In this document: piece after piece, positions 37,921-43,532 of the stretch | Numbering within the stretch: the stretch's first letter is position 1 | Layout: every line of letters starts with the position of its first letter | Source: a virus | Taxonomy: Duplodnaviria; Heunggongvirae; Uroviricota; Caudoviricetes | Length of the DNA: 43,532 nucleotides | Direction: 5' to 3' (one strand) | Virus record (IMG/VR): IMGVR_UViG_3300024268_000012 | The notes under the pieces: model-generated | The model's database searches: none | What the model saw: only the letters and a program-made list of their open reading frames with translations | Told to the model about the DNA's origin: nothing | Made by a program: the position numbers and the translations under genes

Positions 37921-39690
37921 TTATTCTTCGTATTCAACAGTAACTTTTCCGTTACGATCTTTCTTTAAAGTAACCTTCTTAGATTCGGTAAGTTCACCGC
38001 TAACAACCATATTAGTACCATCAAATACCTTATGATAAATCTTACATCTGTAGCTATAAGAGTTATAGGTTGCATTTGCTGGCTGTTCCAAAACAGGAGT
38101 AATGGTGAGAGTGGTGTCAGATAGATTGCTGACACCAGTGGCTTTTTCTGTAACCTTGTCACAAGTCCAGCTAATTACCCATTCTTCTGGATGGATTGCA
38201 GATTTACTATCTAATGGGAAAATAGGCTCTGCAGTAATCTTAGAATCATTATAAGTCAACTTAACTTCAGTTGGCTTATCTGGCCAAGCGCGCAAAACGC
38301 AAGGGGTGCCAACTGCCAATGGCTCAGACTTTGTATTGTTGCGATAATTAATTGCATGGCAAGAAACAATACCTTCTGTATCCTTTGGAGGAATATAAGT
38401 ATTTCCGTCTACGCCATCAGTTACTTCTACATCGTCAAGAGTCCAAGTATACTTCACATCTGCAGGCTTATTGTAGCCAGTGACATCAAAGATTAACTTA
38501 TTGGTATAAGTAGTTTGTCCTTCTTCTGCGGATGGAGTCTCACCCAAGGAATACATTTTAATTGGGAACTTACTAATATCACCATGCTTCAATTCTGCGG
38601 CAGCAGGAATTGTTGCGGTCTTAGTGTTAATCCAACGAGTACCGGAAGCTGCAGTCTTATTACCAATTTGTGCGAAATAAGTACCAGCAGTGGTAACTAC
38701 ATATTCCTCATCTTCTTCTACAACATTCTCAAGAACGTCATAAAGTTGTTCTTTACCACGATACCAGCGATATACAACTTCACCGCCCTGATCCTTGTTT
38801 GGAGATTCGCCTTTAACAGCTAAACGAAGAATACCATCTGGGTACAATAGATTACCATCTTCATCCTTTAATTCGGCATAATCTTCATAACCCTCAACAT
38901 CAGTACTAAGTTCATATTCAACGGTATTATCCAAATCAAGAACAATAGTAGGTGCAGCACCATCAAGAGAGTTAATTACACCAGAGTATACTGGACGAGT
39001 ACGAATCAAGTTCTCCAAGTCAGTATCTAATTCGGCACCAACCACATCAAGATCAAGAGTACCCTTAATTGCGCAAGAGCTCTTCTGAGTAGCAACACTA
39101 TAAGTGATTGTTGCAGGATCGGTACCATAGTCAAGAGCGTAGAAACGAAGAGCAAATTCGATAGAGCCGCTCTGCTCAGTCATCTCATTAGTAATAACCC
39201 AACCAAGAAGAACAAAGTCATGAGACTCGGTCTCACCAGTCTCAGCGTTAATTACAACTTCCTCTGAATAAACGTCAGTTAAAATAACAGGAGAGTTGCC
39301 CTGCTTTACCTTCTTGTTATTTGCATTGTACCACTGTACCACGCATAGAGTTTCATTTAAGTCCATTGCATCAAACCAACGAGGGACTTTAAAGAAAATA
39401 ATTTCAGCATTGGTATCGCCCTTAACACCAACACCAACATTTTTGAATTCGTTGGGTACGGTAATTGTACGGGCATCCATGTCAACTTCAAAAGGTGGCT
39501 CCTCTAATGGGAGACGATAAAACTTATTACTTAAGTTCTTACCATGCTCTCTTGCAACCTGTAAGGCGTTAAAATAAGTAGCTAATTCACCCTCTTGAAG
39601 AGAAACACCATATTGAGCTACATCAATCTGTAAATCATCAAAGAGTTTCTTATATTCTTCCTTGAATTTCTTAGTAATTACTACTTTCAT
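37921..39690 (-). CDS. Structural (tail/baseplate) protein
   Basis: 589-aa ORF with RBS gagaaagggg. The N-terminal domain is shared with the downstream 197-aa paralog. It sits in the tail module. Confidence 0.6.
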   Translation of the reverse strand: MKVVITKKFKEEYKKLFDDLQIDVAQYGVSLQEGELATYFNALQVAREHGKNLSNKFYRLPLEEPPFEVDMDARTITVPNEFKNVGVGVKGDTNAEIIFFKVPRWFDAMDLNETLCVVQWYNANNKKVKQGNSPVILTDVYSEEVVINAETGETESHDFVLLGWVITNEMTEQSGSIEFALRFYALDYGTDPATITYSVATQKSSCAIKGTLDLDVVGAELDTDLENLIRTRPVYSGVINSLDGAAPTIVLDLDNTVEYELSTDVEGYEDYAELKDEDGNLLYPDGILRLAVKGESPNKDQGGEVVYRWYRGKEQLYDVLENVVEEDEEYVVTTAGTYFAQIGNKTAASGTRWINTKTATIPAAAELKHGDISKFPIKMYSLGETPSAEEGQTTYTNKLIFDVTGYNKPADVKYTWTLDDVEVTDGVDGNTYIPPKDTEGIVSCHAINYRNNTKSEPLAVGTPCVLRAWPDKPTEVKLTYNDSKITAEPIFPLDSKSAIHPEEWVISWTCDKVTEKATGVSNLSDTTLTITPVLEQPANATYNSYSYRCKIYHKVFDGTNMVVSGELTESKKVTLKKDRNGKVTVEYEE

Positions 39691-39695
39691 TAAGA

Positions 39696-40163
39696 TTATT
39701 CCCCTTTCTCAATTTTAACCAATTGTTGGAATAATTCAACAATTTCAGTGTAATAGCTTTGAACTTGAGCACCAAGAGCCTGAGTTAAATAAATCTAACG
39801 AGTAATTTCAAAATTAGTCGCTTTTAAATCAATAGTAAACTCAGAAGACAACCGATAATCTGATGTCCCTGGAGCCAAAGTCATAAGCTGAAGAGTCGTT
39901 TTTCCAGAAATTAAACGGACCGGTTGCCGCAAAGACACTCTGTAAATGTTGTAAGCTGTATCTGCGGCTGGCTGCTTAAATTCCAACTCAACTACATCCC
40001 GCATCCCCTTATCATCTGTCATAATTAAAAAGACTTGATCAAGAATTCTCGGATTCTTATTTTTAGATACATGAAATTCAATATCAACCAAATCAGTTCC
40101 TGAAGCAAAACCTCTTGCAGGATTTAATTTGTCAAGTCTATCAAAATACATAATTGCGGCCAT
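39696..40163 (-). CDS. Hypothetical structural-module protein, read through 1 TAG
   Basis: ATG at ~40163 with RBS ggaggataac. ORF-track 39795..40217 ends in TAG at 39795. The frame continues 33 codons to TAA at ~39696, 5 nt before the next gene's RBS/start. Confidence 0.5.
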
Positions 40164-40238
40164 AGTTGTTATCCTCCTAAAATAATGGGAGAACTTTATT
40201 TGAAAGTTCTCCCACATTCTAGATTATATTAAAAATTA

Positions 40239-40460
40239 TCAAGACTTTTTACTAGAATCTGTCCATCCAATTTCAGTCCACTGATCCAACTCATCCTCTG
40301 GAATAGTGACAACTTTTTTTGTAAGTACTCCATTGGTGAGAGTTTTACCTGAATCAGCAATTAATCTCAATAAACGGACATGGTAAACGTCTTCAAGGTG
40401 AATGGGGGTGTCGAGCACCCCATTCGTACCTAAATAACGATATAAAACTGTTTTTTTCAT
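40239..40460 (-). CDS. Small hypothetical protein
   Basis: 73-aa ORF with genuine TGA stop. RBS aaggagaa. Lies between two structural genes. Confidence 0.45.
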   Translation of the reverse strand: MKKTVLYRYLGTNGVLDTPIHLEDVYHVRLLRLIADSGKTLTNGVLTKKVVTIPEDELDQWTEIGWTDSSKKS

Positions 40461-40478
40461 ATCCCTATTCTCCTTTTA

Positions 40479-43400
40479 TTAAGCTTGCATAATTTGGACA
40501 AGATTTGGATTAGCTGTAATATGAAGATCATAGTTAGTAATCCAATCATCTACATAGGAAAGAATTTCATCATATGAAGTACTGTTATTATCGTAAGTAA
40601 CAACAAAACTACTTAAAGATAAATATTCTTGAGAGCTTGCACCAAACATGGCATTTGTTGACAACCAAGTTAAAGCGTTTGCATTAATTGGTCTTTGAGC
40701 GGTGCCAAAATTAATAATAGACCAACCACAGTTTTGGAATGTCTTATTACCATAAGCAGCACCAAAATCTTCAATACCATCATTGTTAGTGTCTCCAAGA
40801 CTGTACTCATTATAAGGAACAGTAAGAACAACACAATCCTTATTTCGGCATGCATTTGCAAATGCACTATTGCCAAAATAGCTAACATTGTTAGTATTGT
40901 CAACCACTAAATTAGTACAATTTCTGAAGCAGAAAGTTCCAATAGTAGTTAGTGAGTCAGGGAAATCAACATGAACTAAGCTGGTTGCTTTATCAAATGC
41001 AAAATCATTAAATTTATAAATCTTACTTAAATTCTCTGCATTTTCTTGACAACCTAAGAAGAACACAGCGTACAGATCAGTATTTTGACACATACCATTA
41101 GATACAGAGCCTGTTGCAGAAGTACCTGCAGCAATTTCTAAGATCGGCCATTCGACACCTTGTTCATCAAATACGGTAATTGGGAAACAAACTTTTCCAC
41201 CAATGCCATAAGTAGGATCAAGACCAACAATAGCATAATTGCCAAGAACGGCGTCTGTTTTATAAGTAATATTTAAATACTGCTGATCAATTATATTGTC
41301 ATAAACACTACTTTCCATGTAAACCGCATAGAAGTTCATGTCGCTACCTGCTAAAATACGATTTAAATCGGTGGTGTCAGTAGAAGAAGTAAGAGAAGTA
41401 TGCCAACCAATAAATTTATAACAAGAAGTCAAAGCCAAAGAGGTGCTATCTCTTTGAGGAATTCTAGTAGGAGTAATAATTGGCTTACCAGCAGGAGTTT
41501 CAATTTCTTCAAACAAAGAGCCATCATAATTATAAAAGCTCATAGTATAACCATGCACTTTATATACTGCAACAACAGTTACGCGTCCACCATCAATAGC
41601 AGATAAGACGTGAGTATTTAATTCATTAGTTGCATAAAGTGTAACTTTATCATTATCGGTAATTACGGAATGTGCCGCTCTAAAATCAAATGTGCCATCT
41701 TCAATTGCCCAACCAACAAAGTCATAATGCAATCTAGAAGGTTCTTCTCCTTCGTAAACTACTGGGGACTCAGCATATCCATAAGGATACTTTAACCATC
41801 CAAGTGTCTTTTGAACACCTTCTGCATTATATTCAACAAAATGAACAGAATAAGCAGGATTTACTTTGTCACCAGTAATTTCAAGATCTGGATAAAGTGC
41901 ATTATAACGTTTCCACAAAGTATATTCGTCTAATGCATCTCCCTCTTCCTGATTGTTCACGTGCATACGACCAGTTAAGCCTGGAAGAATTTTAGTATTT
42001 GGTAAAAGTTCATTATAAGTTAAGAAAGAGCGGTAACGATAAGTATCAGTTTCCACAGTTGCGGTTTTATCCTCATACATATCTAAGAAAGCTGTTACAA
42101 TATCAAGATTTTTAATGACGTTTGTATCAAAAGCATCATCAAAAGTATAAATTACACCATCATTAAGTTTATTGATCCAGCCTTCCTCATAATAACCAGT
42201 AGCTCCGTTAGGATCATGGTATACTTCGTAAGTGGTTTGATTTTTTAATTCATAATACTTTGTTGCACGATCGAAAGATGTACCAATTTCAACTAATTTA
42301 TATGGAGACCATTCCACATCGGTAAAGTCACACTTTAAAATAGGTGTGGTATTTCCATCAGTAATAATGCCATTGTGTTTAGCTTCTTTTACTTTATATA
42401 AGTAATCTAACAAACGATAAGAATCAATACCCATTTTACTTCTGTCTAATACAAATGTCTCAATATTACAAGTTGTATTAGCATTAGGAGTAGTGGTATA
42501 TTTATCTGTTAAATTCTTAATATATAAACCAGTTGGAGTATTATCAATGGTTGGAGCTGTTTCTACAATACCCCTTAATTCAAGAGGTTGTTTCAAAACA
42601 AAGGAGGTAATTGTTTCTGGCAAGTACAAGGTCTTTAACAAGTTACCTTCAGTAAACTCGACAGAACTTAATTGTGTACCTGTTGCCATAAAAGTATTAA
42701 TTTTTTCAGCACCAGTTAATTGAAGAGAACCAGCCAACTTAGTTAAATTAGATAGGTCCATATATGTCAAAAGTCCTTTTGGACTTGTAGCAGTGATAGC
42801 CAAAGCATCAATAAATTTATCTGTGATACCATCATTGCGATAGCCATCTATCAAAGAACCAAGTGTGAAAGTACGCAAACGAATTGCTTGAGAATAGTCA
42901 ATTTCATTAAGGTACTTGTCACTTAAGTTGCCAAGATCCGCGATATATTCTGGACCGCGAATATAAGCCAACTGTTGAGACAATGGAACGCCATCGTCTA
43001 AGCGGTTTTTAATAGAAGATGGTGGGTCAATAAGAACAGGATCGTCTTGACCGGCAACATAAGGCTTAGGCGTGGTAGCAGTTTCATCATATACTACAGA
43101 TAGATACTGAGATAAGTATCCATGTAGATTGAATGATGCACTTGCCTGCAAACCTTCTACTAAGTTACCTTCTTCATCTTTAGTATCATCAGAAGTACGA
43201 GCAAGGTCGTTTGCATTATAACGCAATTTAATTTGCTTCTTAATAAATTCAGGATTATAAGAACCACCTAACCACTGAGAGTCAAGATAATTCAAACGAT
43301 TGCGGAAGAATGCTTGACGATTTAAAGTTCTATCACCTTGCAAGCAGTAGAAATAACCTTCAGTTTGAGAAATAGTTCCTTCTTGATCGGTATATCCTGT

Positions 43401-43532
43401 AGTTGCAGGAGAGATATATTTATAATCAGCGTCAATGTTCTTCATAATTTCGCTCCACTTGTCAGAACCATTGGTATTATAATGTTCATTAAGTGTATCG
43501 AGTTCAATCGCACCTTCATTGCGTAAGCCGCG
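40479..43532 (-). CDS. Large structural/adhesin-like protein with C-terminal BspA-type leucine-rich repeats (5' end beyond window)
   Basis: The 988-aa ORF is open upstream to the window edge (no stop in frame through 43532). The C-terminal region has LRR_5/BspA-like 'IGTFCFRNCTNLV...FGNSAFANACRN...FQNCGW' repeats. Genuine TAA stop at 40479. Confidence 0.7.
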   Translation of the reverse strand, partial: RGLRNEGAIELDTLNEHYNTNGSDKWSEIMKNIDADYKYISPATTGYTDQEGTISQTEGYFYCLQGDRTLNRQAFFRNRLNYLDSQWLGGSYNPEFIKKQIKLRYNANDLARTSDDTKDEEGNLVEGLQASASFNLHGYLSQYLSVVYDETATTPKPYVAGQDDPVLIDPPSSIKNRLDDGVPLSQQLAYIRGPEYIADLGNLSDKYLNEIDYSQAIRLRTFTLGSLIDGYRNDGITDKFIDALAITATSPKGLLTYMDLSNLTKLAGSLQLTGAEKINTFMATGTQLSSVEFTEGNLLKTLYLPETITSFVLKQPLELRGIVETAPTIDNTPTGLYIKNLTDKYTTTPNANTTCNIETFVLDRSKMGIDSYRLLDYLYKVKEAKHNGIITDGNTTPILKCDFTDVEWSPYKLVEIGTSFDRATKYYELKNQTTYEVYHDPNGATGYYEEGWINKLNDGVIYTFDDAFDTNVIKNLDIVTAFLDMYEDKTATVETDTYRYRSFLTYNELLPNTKILPGLTGRMHVNNQEEGDALDEYTLWKRYNALYPDLEITGDKVNPAYSVHFVEYNAEGVQKTLGWLKYPYGYAESPVVYEGEEPSRLHYDFVGWAIEDGTFDFRAAHSVITDNDKVTLYATNELNTHVLSAIDGGRVTVVAVYKVHGYTMSFYNYDGSLFEEIETPAGKPIITPTRIPQRDSTSLALTSCYKFIGWHTSLTSSTDTTDLNRILAGSDMNFYAVYMESSVYDNIIDQQYLNITYKTDAVLGNYAIVGLDPTYGIGGKVCFPITVFDEQGVEWPILEIAAGTSATGSVSNGMCQNTDLYAVFFLGCQENAENLSKIYKFNDFAFDKATSLVHVDFPDSLTTIGTFCFRNCTNLVVDNTNNVSYFGNSAFANACRNKDCVVLTVPYNEYSLGDTNNDGIEDFGAAYGNKTFQNCGWSIINFGTAQRPINANALTWLSTNAMFGASSQEYLSLSSFVVTYDNNSTSYDEILSYVDDWITNYDLHITANPNLVQIMQA

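Noticed and set aside
1-43532. TGA (opal) recoding
   Set aside because: TGA terminates several well-delimited genes (e.g. 97..1095, dnaE, 19204..19767, 40239..40460, and both small recoded - strand genes), and no conserved gene requires TGA read-through.

Overview
This window is a 43.5-kb piece of a tailed, double-stranded DNA phage genome, with no integrase or host genes. Positions 1-20.8 kb on the + strand are a dense early/middle module for DNA replication and nucleotide metabolism: Sak4-like ATPase, DnaB-like helicase, DnaG-like primase, DHH/RecJ-like exonuclease, Pif1/RecD-like helicase, DnaE-type Pol III alpha, guanylate-kinase-like kinase, NrdD/NrdG anaerobic ribonucleotide reductase, dUTPase, and an unexpected DAHP/KDO8P-synthase-family enzyme next to a DUF262 protein. 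Six near-consensus sigma70 promoters (TTGACA-N17-TGnTATAAT) and strong Shine-Dalgarno sites drive these genes. From about 20.8 kb onward a late/lysis/structural module begins, first on + and then converging on -. It reads through in-frame TAG codons: a RuvC-like resolvase, a holin-like protein, a SpoIID-domain endolysin, a ~1445-aa tail fibre and others are split by TAG in the supplied ORF track but are continuous if TAG is a sense codon. Every genuine stop seen is TAA or TGA, and early genes contain no TAG at all. The most unusual element is a self-contained - strand operon at about 25.7-32.7 kb with its own consensus promoter, flanked by hairpin terminators. It encodes two paralogous ~500-540-aa proteins made almost entirely of Tyr/His/Ser/Thr/Asn/Gly repeats, with an aromatic residue every 3-4 positions. 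These are translationally coupled to two radical-SAM/SPASM enzymes and two small proteins. This looks like a phage-borne multi-site peptide/protein cross-linking (RiPP-like, cyclophane-type) maturation system acting on giant repeat substrates. The Shine-Dalgarno usage, TTGACA/TATAAT promoters, SpoIID+PG_binding_1 endolysin and NrdDG suggest an anaerobic Firmicutes-like host. My hand-derived coordinates can be off by 1-2 nt in places, because my manual base counting disagreed with the supplied ORF-track coordinates by 1 nt in one stretch (about 35.4-37.3 kb); the ORF-track coordinates are taken as correct.
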